Origin: Gemmatimonadaceae bacterium
Lineage (GTDB): Bacteria; Gemmatimonadota; Gemmatimonadetes; Gemmatimonadales; Gemmatimonadaceae
Direction: 5' to 3'
NCBI GenBank assembly: GCA_050998035.1
Contig: JBPCQO010000202.1
Location: 1 to 53,835 of the forward strand
DNA length: 53,835 nt
Position 1 is the stretch's first letter; every line of letters starts with the position of its first letter. Positions 9,424-18,576 of the stretch are shown here, piece by piece. Made by a program: the position numbers and the translations under genes. The notes beneath the pieces are model-generated. The model worked only from the letters and a program-made list of their open reading frames with translations, ran no database searches and was not told where the DNA came from.

Positions 9424-9621
9424 AATAGGAGTGCGCGCGATACGGCGCGCAACTTGAAGGGTACGGTTTCCGGGTGCGCCGCGTGAGTTGACCCCGCGCT
9501 CCGAGAAATGCTCCCGACAACCAGAAATAATGTGTGACCGCGACGAGGGCGCTAAGCGCCCGTTGCGTTATGCGCTTGCGGCGAGTGTCGCCGGCGCCCC
9601 GTGTACCCGAATTCCATCCAC

Positions 9622-11331
9622 ATGACTGAACGCCGACGTCCTTCCCGTCGGGGCCGGAGCCAGCGCTCCGATGAGGCCGCGTCCAACGATACATCCAATG
9701 ATGCATCGGCCGACGCAAACCCTTATCTGGAGGCACCCGCGGCTCCGGTCGCGGAGCGGCCACACGCCGAGTCCGCGCCTATGATATCAATCGTTCCGAG
9801 CGAGCCCATCGTCCGAGACAGTTCTCGCGATGCTCGCGATGCTGGACCACGGTCGTCGACAACCGATCTCTCTCTGGACGTATCCGGCAACGAAACGGGG
9901 AACGACGGCGAGGCGTTTCAGGACGATGAGCGTGGCGGCACGGCGGGTCAGCCACGGGGACGTCATCGCAGGTTCCGCCAGCGGAAGGGAGGAGGTAATA
10001 ACGGCCAGGGTGGTCAAACGGGCCAGCCGGGGCAACAGTCGCGGCCGCAACATCAGCAGCAACGCCCGCAGAGCAACAACGGAAATTCCAACGGGAACTC
10101 TAACAGCCAGCAAAGCGTGGGCGGCGGTCGGCGCAACAGCAGGCGTAACGGCAGGCCAAACGAGCAGCAGCAGGCGCCGCGCGGGCCCGCTGGACCGATA
10201 GGACCGGTTGTGGTCGATGGAGAGGCAACCGGGCTATTCGATCTGCAGCGGGACGCTGGATTTCTCCGCAAGGCTACCTACAGTTACCTGGCCGATCCCA
10301 AGGATCCGCTCATCCCGCTCCAGCTCACACGGCAGGCGGGACTGCGCCGCGGCGATCTGGTTACAGCAGCTGTAGGGCACGATCAGCGCGGCAGAGTGGT
10401 GGCAGCCGAGTTGACGTCGGTGAATGGTTCCGATCCTGAGACAGCGCTGCGGAGACCGGAGTTTCAGTCCCTCACGGCTTCTTATCCCGACCGTAAGCTG
10501 ACGCTGGAGACCGGCAAGCCGGCCAAGGGCGGACCCGAGCTGACGCGCCGCGCGATCGATCTGATCGCACCGATCGGCTATGGCCAGCGTGCGCTGATCG
10601 TGGCTCCCGCGCGTGCCGGGAAGACCATGCTCCTTCAGGCTGTGATCGAAGGGGTGGCGATAAATCATCCACAGGCGCATCTGTTCGTGCTGCTCGTGGA
10701 TGAGCGGCCCGAAGAGGTGAGCGACATGATCACGCTGGGATACGGCGAAGTGGTCGCGTCCAGCTTCGACATGCCTGCCGCGCGGCACACCGACGTGGCC
10801 GAAATGACGCTAGAGCGTGCACGCCGACTGGTGGAGCTGGGCCAGGACGTGGTCATCGTGCTGGACTCCATCACCCGCCTCGCGCGGGCCTACAACACAG
10901 TTGAACGCGGCACCGGGCGCACGCTGAGCGGTGGACTCGACTCCTCGGCGATGGCCAAACCGAAGGCATTCTTCGGCTCCGCTCGCGCGGTCGCGCCGGA
11001 GCACGGTGGCGGCTCACTCACGATCATCGCGACCGCACTGGTGGAGACCGGTTCGCGCATGGACGACGTGATCTTCGAAGAGTTCAAGGGAACGGGGAAC
11101 TGCGAGATCAAGCTGGACCGCAGTCTGGCAGAGAAGCGGATCTTCCCCGCGGTAGATATTGGCGTGAGCGGGACGAGGCGCGAGGACAAGCTGTTCGCGC
11201 CGGAGCAGATCGAGCACGTCTATACCTTGCGGCGCGGGCTGCAGCAGATGCCGTCAAGTTCCGCGATGGAGTGGCTGATCAAGCGTATCGCCGGAACTCC
11301 CAACAACGACGCGTTACTGTCGGGGCTGTAG
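9622..11331 (+). CDS. rho: Transcription termination factor Rho with a long low-complexity N-terminal region
   Basis: APARAGKTMLLQ is Walker A. VLLVDERPEEV, LDSITRLARAYN and FEEFKGTGNCEIKLDR also fit. ATG is at 9622 (MTERRR). The track ORF begins at GTG 9601. Confidence 0.95.
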   Translation: MTERRRPSRRGRSQRSDEAASNDTSNDASADANPYLEAPAAPVAERPHAESAPMISIVPSEPIVRDSSRDARDAGPRSSTTDLSLDVSGNETGNDGEAFQDDERGGTAGQPRGRHRRFRQRKGGGNNGQGGQTGQPGQQSRPQHQQQRPQSNNGNSNGNSNSQQSVGGGRRNSRRNGRPNEQQQAPRGPAGPIGPVVVDGEATGLFDLQRDAGFLRKATYSYLADPKDPLIPLQLTRQAGLRRGDLVTAAVGHDQRGRVVAAELTSVNGSDPETALRRPEFQSLTASYPDRKLTLETGKPAKGGPELTRRAIDLIAPIGYGQRALIVAPARAGKTMLLQAVIEGVAINHPQAHLFVLLVDERPEEVSDMITLGYGEVVASSFDMPAARHTDVAEMTLERARRLVELGQDVVIVLDSITRLARAYNTVERGTGRTLSGGLDSSAMAKPKAFFGSARAVAPEHGGGSLTIIATALVETGSRMDDVIFEEFKGTGNCEIKLDRSLAEKRIFPAVDIGVSGTRREDKLFAPEQIEHVYTLRRGLQQMPSSSAMEWLIKRIAGTPNNDALLSGL

Positions 11332-11394
11332 ATTTTGGGCCGTTAACTGTCCAGATTCCCGCGGTGCTGGTGATCCTACTTCGCAGAAATCAGG

Positions 11395-11437
11395 CAAACA
11401 CCGGATCGGCCAGCCGCCGGCCCGGTGTTTGCTCTTT
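11395..11437 (+). terminator. Hairpin plus CTCTTT downstream of rho, 8 nt before the tamA-like start
   Basis: caaacaccgg (11395-11404) pairs with ccggtgtttg (11422-11431), followed by ctcttt. Confidence 0.4.
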
Positions 11438-11444
11438 CGCGGGC

Positions 11445-13694
11445 ATGTTCCCTTCGATTCTCCGGCGGCATTGGGCCTCCGTGGTCGTTGGCGCTGCCTT
11501 TTTATGGGCAACGCCAACTTTGTTGTGCGCGCAGGGCACAAATAGCACCGCCAGCGCCAGCAAGACGGTTGCGCATCCGGAGGTCACCGAGCTGACGATC
11601 AAAGGGGTCAAGTCGGTGGACGAGGGCGTGCTTCGCAGCAACATGGCGATCGGTCAGTCGCACTGCGTCTCGCTCGTGCTCAAGCCGCTCTGCCTGGTGA
11701 GCAAGTCACCGCTGTTCTTCAAGCGTGTATATCTGGACCATGACGAGCTTGCGCGCGACGTGCTGCGCGCGCGGGTGTTCTACTTCAAGCGTGGCTACAG
11801 GGACACGCAGGTGGATACCACCGTGACTCCGATCGGTCACGCCGACGTGCACGTCACGATGCGCTTCGTCGAGGGTCCGCCAACGGTGGTAAGCTCCTTC
11901 AACGTGGTGCAGACCGACACTGTGCTCTCGAGGCGCGACATAGCAGGTCGTTCGGTGCTGAAGAAGGGCGATGCTCTCAGCCTGCTGGCGCTCGACTCGA
12001 CCAAGGTGCTGCTGCGAAACAAGCTATGGGACCGGGGTCATTCCGATGCGATCGTCGACACCGCGCTCGTGGTGGACAAGGCCACCCATACCGCGGCCGT
12101 CACGATCAACATCAATCCCCGCTGGACAGCGAAGGTCGCGAGCATCGACGTGCAGGGGGAGAAGGGCGTTTCGCCGCGCACCATTCGCAAGTCGCTCTCG
12201 TTTAAGCCGGGCGACGTCTATCGCCGCTCGGATGTGCTGAATAGTCAGCGCTCTCTGTACGAGTCCAATCTGTTCCGCCGAGCCTCGATCGAGGTTCCCG
12301 AGCGGGACGATTCGCTCAAGCACGTGCTAATCGCGGTGCAGGAGGCGCCGCCGCGGACTGCGCGCGTGAGCGCCGGCTTCAACACCATCGATTTCATTGA
12401 GGTGCAGGGGCGCTACGTCAACTACAACTGGCTGGGAGGTGCCAAGCGGCTGACCCTCGATGCTGCCGTGGGCAATCTCTTCGCGCAACAGCTCAACGGA
12501 AACGGGATCTTCTATGATATCGGAAAGACCGTCGTGGGTGGATCGGCCAGCAAGTATTTCTCTCCCACGTACAACGCCAGTGCGGAGTTCCGCTATCCAT
12601 GGTTCGGCTCGCCGAACAACGAGGCTGCACTCGGTGTATTTGCCCATCGCCGGAGCGCACCGGGGATCTACGTGGATCAGGGTTACGGGGCGTCGGCAAC
12701 ATTTACCCGGCTGCTGACCGAGCGCGGTCCGCTCAGCGCCAGCTATCGGTACGAGATAACCAATGTGGACGCGGGCGACGTGTATTTTTGCGTGAACTAT
12801 GGCGTGTGCGACAAGCCCACGCTGTCGGCGCTGCGCGGAAATCAGAAGCTCTCGCCTCTCGCGCTGACGCTGACGCTGGATAAGACGGACAATCCGTTCG
12901 AGCCGCGTCACGGATACCGCACGCAGGCGTCGCTCGAGCATGCGTCGGCGCTGACCTTGTCGGACTTCCGATACAATCGTGCGATGGGTGATCTCGCCAT
13001 GTTCCTTCCCGTGCGCACCAGGTCGGTGCTTGCCGGCCACATCCGTGTGGGCTACGTGAATGCGCTCGCGAGTACTGTCGTCGCTGTAGGCGCGGACACC
13101 AACTTTACGGGGTCGCGCAACATCCTGCATCCGCGTACACGGTTCTATGCCGGCGGCTCCCAGTCGGTGCGCGGCTACGGCGAGGGTCAGCTGGGGCCAC
13201 GCGTGCTCACGATTCCCGCGGCACGGCTCCAGGCTAACGATAGCAGCGCGGCGTGCCAGGCAGATATAGTGCATTGCAACCCGAGCGCTTCTCCTTATCG
13301 CGATTTCACACCGCGTCCTCTCGGTGGCAATCGCCTGCTGGAGGGGAGCGTTGAGTTTCGTTTCCCCGTATACGGAGACTTCCTCGGCGCGGTATTCGTC
13401 GATGGCGCGTACCTGTCGCAGAACACGAGCCCCGCACTTCCCAAGAGCAAGGCGGCAGTTACCCCGGGCTTTGGCGTGAGATACAAGTCGCTGGTCGGCC
13501 CGGTTCGCGTGGACGTTGGAATCAATCCGTCCACCAGTGAAGACCTGCCAGTGGTGACCCAGGACGTAGTACCCAAGAACGGCAGCCTCGTACGGCTGGA
13601 CACGGCTCGCCCGTACTCACCGGTTGGCGGGAGCGGGATTGGCTCCATTCTGTCGCGCCTGTCGCTGCATCTCTCAATCGGAGAGGCATACTAG
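11445..13694 (+). CDS. Omp85/BamA-family outer-membrane protein, TamA-like by context
   Basis: MFPSILRRHWASVVVGAAFLWATPTLLCAQG is a signal peptide. POTRA-like repeats follow. The C-terminal bacterial surface antigen region includes RFYAGGSQSVRGYGEGQLGPR. It sits 1 nt upstream of tamB. Confidence 0.85.
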   Translation: MFPSILRRHWASVVVGAAFLWATPTLLCAQGTNSTASASKTVAHPEVTELTIKGVKSVDEGVLRSNMAIGQSHCVSLVLKPLCLVSKSPLFFKRVYLDHDELARDVLRARVFYFKRGYRDTQVDTTVTPIGHADVHVTMRFVEGPPTVVSSFNVVQTDTVLSRRDIAGRSVLKKGDALSLLALDSTKVLLRNKLWDRGHSDAIVDTALVVDKATHTAAVTININPRWTAKVASIDVQGEKGVSPRTIRKSLSFKPGDVYRRSDVLNSQRSLYESNLFRRASIEVPERDDSLKHVLIAVQEAPPRTARVSAGFNTIDFIEVQGRYVNYNWLGGAKRLTLDAAVGNLFAQQLNGNGIFYDIGKTVVGGSASKYFSPTYNASAEFRYPWFGSPNNEAALGVFAHRRSAPGIYVDQGYGASATFTRLLTERGPLSASYRYEITNVDAGDVYFCVNYGVCDKPTLSALRGNQKLSPLALTLTLDKTDNPFEPRHGYRTQASLEHASALTLSDFRYNRAMGDLAMFLPVRTRSVLAGHIRVGYVNALASTVVAVGADTNFTGSRNILHPRTRFYAGGSQSVRGYGEGQLGPRVLTIPAARLQANDSSAACQADIVHCNPSASPYRDFTPRPLGGNRLLEGSVEFRFPVYGDFLGAVFVDGAYLSQNTSPALPKSKAAVTPGFGVRYKSLVGPVRVDVGINPSTSEDLPVVTQDVVPKNGSLVRLDTARPYSPVGGSGIGSILSRLSLHLSIGEAY

Positions 13695-13695
13695 A

Positions 13696-16600
13696 ATGCG
13701 CCGCAGGACTGCCGCCATTGTTGGACTGTCGACGATCGCCGGTTTGGTGATCATCGTGGTCGGGGCGGTCCTTGTACTGACGCGGACAGACTTGGGACAC
13801 GAGCGCGTGCGGCGCCTTGCGGTGTCGCAGCTCAGCAAGCTGGCGCACGGCCAGGTGAGCATCGGCGGCGTCAGCGGGAACATCCTGAACGGCGCGACGT
13901 TCACGGACGTCACAATCACCGACAGCAGCGGCGCGTCGTTCATCAAGGCCGACAGCGTCTCGGCGTCGTACAGTCTGTCCAATCTCCTGCACAAGCGCAT
14001 CTATCTGAACGACGTCCGGCTGGTAAATCCAACCGTCGTCATCAGCCGCAAGACCGGCGGGATATGGAACTACGACCGGATATTTCCGCGCGACACTGTG
14101 AAGCACGTCCCTGCGCCGCCGCCGAGCCTGGGCTCGTGGGTGACGCTGCGCAACCTCACGATTGTCAGCGGCCACGTCACCGTCAAATCGCCGTGGGTGG
14201 CATCAGACACTCTCACGCCAACTCAGCGTGACAGCGCCATCAAGTTCGTGCTCGGTCCTGGCACAAAATCGCGACTGAATGTGGTGCGTGCTGATACCGG
14301 CTTTCAGAAGGTATCCGACTTCCGCGACATCTACGGCAAGATGCCGCTGCTGCGCATCGAGGACCCGAACAACAAGCGGCAGATCTTTGACGTCGCCACG
14401 CTCCGGATGACCGCCGAGCCGTTGAAGCCGCCCGAGGTGAGAGTCACCGATCTGCGCGGGCGCTTTCTCGTGCTGGACGATTCGCTGTACTTCTCAGGCA
14501 TCGACGCCGCACTGGCCAGCTCGCGTCTGTCTGGAAGCGGCCGCTACAGGTTCAGCAATGACAACCTGAGATTGCGGCTGCACGCCGATACCGTCGCGAC
14601 CAACGATCTGCTCTGGATCGACCCCACCATACCGCAGAACGGTACCGGTAAACTCGACTTCGCGCTCGACTGGGTTGGGAAGACGAGCGATTATCAGGCG
14701 ACCAACGCCACGATGGCCGTTGCCGGTGCGACGCTGAGCGGCAAGCTCGGCATCATGGTCACCGATACGCTCGCGTTCCACAACACCGATATGCGGTTCA
14801 CGCACTTGGACACGCGCACCATCCAGCAGCTCTTTCCAACGGTGAAATCGCCAACACCGGGATACCTCACCGGGCGAATGGCCGTGACAGGCGGCTTCGG
14901 CGCAATGCACGTGGATGGTGACGTCGCGTTCGACGATCCACGCACTGGCAGAACGCGCGTGGTCGCGCTTGGAACGGTAGGGGCGAGCCTGGGAGTACTG
15001 CGCGCCAGTGACCTGCACCTGACGCTGGAGCCGTTCCAGGTGGCGCTGGTGCACAGCGTCGCGCCTACGCTTCCCGTCGGTGGAACGATCACGGGCAATG
15101 CGATTCTCAACGGCAGCTCGGACTCGAAGCTCGCTGTAAGTGGCGACATCACGCACGACGCCACAACCGGTCGCTCCCGCGTGGTGGGGTCGGCCGTGTA
15201 CGGCGCTGGCAAGCCGGTACCGCTGGTCAATGCGAACCTGAGATTTCTTCCCCTGTCACTGGCGACAGTGGCCCGATTCGCACCCGCCACCGGGTTGCAG
15301 GGAACTGTGACAGGGCCAGTCAAGCTGTCCGGGCCGATGCGCAATCTGGCGCTCACCGCTAACCTGAGCACTACTGACGGCGGGTCCATAGCGGCGCACG
15401 GCACGTTGGATCTGGTGGCACAGCAGAAGGGTTACGACCTGGCGATGAGCGCGAATCTGTTCAACGCTAGCTCCATCAGCACCAAGGCGCCCAGCACTTC
15501 CATAAGCGCCGATGTAACGGCCCGCGGCGCCGGCTTCGATCCCGCCACTCTGCGCACGGTCGCGACCGCGCATGTCACCACGTCACGTTATGATAGTGTC
15601 GCTGTCGACTCCGCGATCGTGCGAGTGGCGGCTGCCAACGGAATCGTAACTGTCGACACACTGGTGGCAAATGTGCCAGGCGGCTACGCCAATGTTAGCG
15701 GGGAGTTCGGGTTGACGGGGGCGCACGTAGGGACGCTTCATTACGTCGCCGCCGTGGACTCTCTGGGGCGCTTCTCCCGCTTTCTTGCCAATCCCAGCGA
15801 TACCGGTGCGGTACCGCCGCGTCCGGGGATACTGTCGCAACGCGTATCACGTGCGCGGGCTGATTCGCTCAGAGTGGCGCAGGCGACGGAAGTGGAGCGC
15901 GCCGTTACGGGAAAGCGCATGCCGCGAACCGTGGTGGACACGCCGGCTGCAATTGCGCGGAGCACGTTTGCTGGCTCGGTACGCGCTGAGGGAACCGCCA
16001 CCGGTAACATTCACACCTTCAATCTTAACGGCACCGCGAGCGGGAAGAACATCGTTGCGTTTGGAAGCTCTGTGGGCGCCGCAAACGCGAAGTACGCATG
16101 GAATACCGCATTCTCGCCGCAGTCACACGTATCGCTTAACCTGAACGCCACGAACGTGTTCGCTGCCGGGTTCGCGCTCGACACCGTGGCGCTGACGGCC
16201 GGATATCAGAAGCCGAACGGTACTGTCAGCCTGGTCATCCACCAGGATTCCAGCCGGGTGTACACGGTGGGAGCCGCGTACGCTTTGAACAAGGTCCGCA
16301 ACGACCTGCGGCTCGACAACATGAAGCTGCGGTTCGACACCACGGTGTACGTGACCACCCAGCCATCGCTCATCCATTTCGGTTCTGCTGGCGTGGAAGT
16401 GGACCACTTCGAGCTGACGAGTCCCCAGGGAGGACGTCTGTACGTGGATGGGAGTGTTCCCACGAACGGGAACGCCGATCTCTCGATCCACATCACGCAG
16501 TTTGACGTGGGAAACATTGTCGCGTTGCTCCAGAGCGACATTGCCGCACGCGGACTGGTTTCCGTCGATTTGCACGCGCAGGGCACACGGGCCAACCCGG

Positions 16601-18276
16601 CATTCAGCGGCGCATTCGGGCTCACGCGCTTCAGCTACGGTGGACGTTCAACGCCCGAGCTGCACGGGACCGTCGACTACCAGAATCAGACGCTCCGCAC
16701 CAATACCGAGGCGAATCGCGAGGGCGAGGGTGCCATCGTCAGAGCGCGCGGAACGGTCCCGGTGAATCTCGCATTTTCGGGTGTGACGGGATCACGCGTC
16801 CCAAGGGATCGCGCGATCGATGTGAGAATCAACACGGATTCGCTCCCGCTCAACTTGGTGCCAGAGCTTTCCACCTCTGTTACCAATCTTACGGGAACGG
16901 CGCTGGCCAACTTCACCGTTGCCGGGACGGTCAACAATCCGATCGTCAACGGCCGATTGGCGCTGCGGGATGGGCGCATGAGAGTGGTGCCGCTCGGGAT
17001 CACGCTGGCGAACATGGCCGGGAATGTGAGACTGTTGCGCGATACTGTGGTGATCGACTCGCTGGTCGCGACGAGCGATGGCCCCATTCACATCAGTGGA
17101 GGCGTTGGAATCAGGACGCTGGCACAGCCATCGTTCGCGCTCAAGCTCACTGCGCGCAATGCGGAAGTGGTCGACAACGAGATGGGAGACATCCACGCCC
17201 GGGCTGATATCGCGGTACAGGGCCCGTATAACAATGTTGATGTCACTGGTAGTACACGAATTATCAAGGGTGTGGTGTACATCGCGGAACCCACGGGCAA
17301 GACGCTTGTTGGGGCCGGAGATCCGGCGCTGTACAGCGTCATCGATACCGCCATCACCAGTGAGCAGCAGCTGTTCCCCACCCAGTCGCCGCTGTTGGCA
17401 AATCTGCGCATGCAGGTGGCGGTAGCGGTGAGTCGCGACGTGTTCGTGAGGTCCAAGGACGCGAATATCGAGCTGTATACCGACGGCCCGCTCCGAGTGA
17501 GCGTCAATCGTGCCCAGAACTCGTTAGCTCTCGACGGCGTTCTTCTGAGCGACCGCGGCGAGTACAGGTTCCAGGGGCGCCGGTTCCAGATCGACCGCGG
17601 CTCGGCGGTCTTCACCAACAGTCCCACTCTCAATCCGATTCTGCAGGTTACAGGTCAGTACAACATCCAGGTTCCCGCGGTCACGATCCGCATAATCATC
17701 TCTGGAACGCTGGACCAACCGAAGATCGCGCTGGAGAGCGATGCACAGCCGCCGTTATCGCAGACCGAGCTGCTCAGCTATCTCGCGTTCGGGCGCTCGT
17801 CGTCGTCGCTGCTGCAGCAGGGGGGGAGCGGGCTGACGACCGGCGGCGGCGGCTCAGGAAATCTCGTGGGTGCAGGGGCGGCCTTTGCGGCCAAGCAGGT
17901 CGGCGCTGCCGCGCTCGGCGCTGTCACGGATCAGATCTCCGGCAATGCGGCCCGCTCTCTCGGGGCCGACTACTTCAATCTCGCACCGGCTGATGTGTCG
18001 CTGGACGCGGGGAGCTTCCTGCGCGGCACCCAGGTCGAGTTCGGCAAGTATCTCCAGACTCGGACATTCCTGCAACTCCAGGTGCGACCGGACCCGGCAT
18101 CGTTGCCGCGCCCCGGGTTCCAGCTGGTGCATCGCTTCAACCCTCGCGCCGGTTACAGGATCGAGGCCAGCTTCGAGCCACGTTACCTGCTGACGGAGCC
18201 GACGCTTCAGCCGGTGCAGACTCCGCAGACTACCAGCGCGTTCGGATTGTTCCTGGTGCGCGAGTGGCGGTACTGA
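13696..18276 (+). CDS. tamB: Translocation and assembly module protein TamB (DUF490 family)
   Basis: About 1526 aa. N-terminal anchor is MRRRTAAIVGLSTIAGLVIIVVGAVLVL. It has long beta-rich repeats and a C-terminal GTLDQPKIALESDAQPPLSQTELLSYLAFGRSS. Confidence 0.85.
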   Translation: MRRRTAAIVGLSTIAGLVIIVVGAVLVLTRTDLGHERVRRLAVSQLSKLAHGQVSIGGVSGNILNGATFTDVTITDSSGASFIKADSVSASYSLSNLLHKRIYLNDVRLVNPTVVISRKTGGIWNYDRIFPRDTVKHVPAPPPSLGSWVTLRNLTIVSGHVTVKSPWVASDTLTPTQRDSAIKFVLGPGTKSRLNVVRADTGFQKVSDFRDIYGKMPLLRIEDPNNKRQIFDVATLRMTAEPLKPPEVRVTDLRGRFLVLDDSLYFSGIDAALASSRLSGSGRYRFSNDNLRLRLHADTVATNDLLWIDPTIPQNGTGKLDFALDWVGKTSDYQATNATMAVAGATLSGKLGIMVTDTLAFHNTDMRFTHLDTRTIQQLFPTVKSPTPGYLTGRMAVTGGFGAMHVDGDVAFDDPRTGRTRVVALGTVGASLGVLRASDLHLTLEPFQVALVHSVAPTLPVGGTITGNAILNGSSDSKLAVSGDITHDATTGRSRVVGSAVYGAGKPVPLVNANLRFLPLSLATVARFAPATGLQGTVTGPVKLSGPMRNLALTANLSTTDGGSIAAHGTLDLVAQQKGYDLAMSANLFNASSISTKAPSTSISADVTARGAGFDPATLRTVATAHVTTSRYDSVAVDSAIVRVAAANGIVTVDTLVANVPGGYANVSGEFGLTGAHVGTLHYVAAVDSLGRFSRFLANPSDTGAVPPRPGILSQRVSRARADSLRVAQATEVERAVTGKRMPRTVVDTPAAIARSTFAGSVRAEGTATGNIHTFNLNGTASGKNIVAFGSSVGAANAKYAWNTAFSPQSHVSLNLNATNVFAAGFALDTVALTAGYQKPNGTVSLVIHQDSSRVYTVGAAYALNKVRNDLRLDNMKLRFDTTVYVTTQPSLIHFGSAGVEVDHFELTSPQGGRLYVDGSVPTNGNADLSIHITQFDVGNIVALLQSDIAARGLVSVDLHAQGTRANPAFSGAFGLTRFSYGGRSTPELHGTVDYQNQTLRTNTEANREGEGAIVRARGTVPVNLAFSGVTGSRVPRDRAIDVRINTDSLPLNLVPELSTSVTNLTGTALANFTVAGTVNNPIVNGRLALRDGRMRVVPLGITLANMAGNVRLLRDTVVIDSLVATSDGPIHISGGVGIRTLAQPSFALKLTARNAEVVDNEMGDIHARADIAVQGPYNNVDVTGSTRIIKGVVYIAEPTGKTLVGAGDPALYSVIDTAITSEQQLFPTQSPLLANLRMQVAVAVSRDVFVRSKDANIELYTDGPLRVSVNRAQNSLALDGVLLSDRGEYRFQGRRFQIDRGSAVFTNSPTLNPILQVTGQYNIQVPAVTIRIIISGTLDQPKIALESDAQPPLSQTELLSYLAFGRSSSSLLQQGGSGLTTGGGGSGNLVGAGAAFAAKQVGAAALGAVTDQISGNAARSLGADYFNLAPADVSLDAGSFLRGTQVEFGKYLQTRTFLQLQVRPDPASLPRPGFQLVHRFNPRAGYRIEASFEPRYLLTEPTLQPVQTPQTTSAFGLFLVREWRY

Positions 18277-18343
18277 GGAAGCGCTGCTGAGCGACATCCT
18301 GACATCACAACTGCGGCAGTGCCTGTCTGTCTCCACGCTGACC

Positions 18344-18372
18344 TTGACACCGCCGCCATCATAGCGTAACCT
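18344..18372 (+). promoter_or_regulatory. Sigma70-like promoter candidate (TTGACA-17 nt-TAACCT)
   Basis: TTGACA at 18344-18349, a 17-nt spacer, then TAACCT at 18367-18372, read directly. Consensus match only. Confidence 0.3.
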
Positions 18373-18446
18373 CCCAATACAATCGTTGTCCCGTGGTGAT
18401 TTGCCGCCTATTGCAGCCACGTTAAACAAATCGCTAAAAAGCATGT

Positions 18447-18477
18447 AGCCCGCGGCCAGCCGCGGGCTTTGTGTTTT
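18447..18477 (+). terminator. Intrinsic terminator-like hairpin with U-tract
   Basis: agcccgcgg-ccag-ccgcgggct (9-bp GC stem, 4-nt loop) followed by ttgtgtttt. It lies 170 nt after the tamB stop and about 10 nt before a GAGGAG-ATG (18487) that is in frame with panB. Confidence 0.65.
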
Positions 18478-18576
18478 CCAGAGGAGATGGTCTCCATCGA
18501 TTGGTTTGACGTCGATGCAACACGTTGCAAATGCACTCGGTCGGGACAGTACCACTTCGTCCGCCGGAGTCCCAGT

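Noticed and set aside
18277-18576. Known housekeeping ncRNA (SRP RNA, 6S, RNase P, tmRNA) or a tRNA in the 300-nt tamB-panB spacer. Other spacers over 100 nt (9314-9621, 33410-33611, 40127-40344) were also inspected
   Set aside because: I saw no [11 protein letters not shown]-type conserved loop, no tRNA cloverleaf (T-loop GTTCRANYC), and none of the conserved boxes I can recognise by eye. Only the generic promoter and terminator shape is reported.
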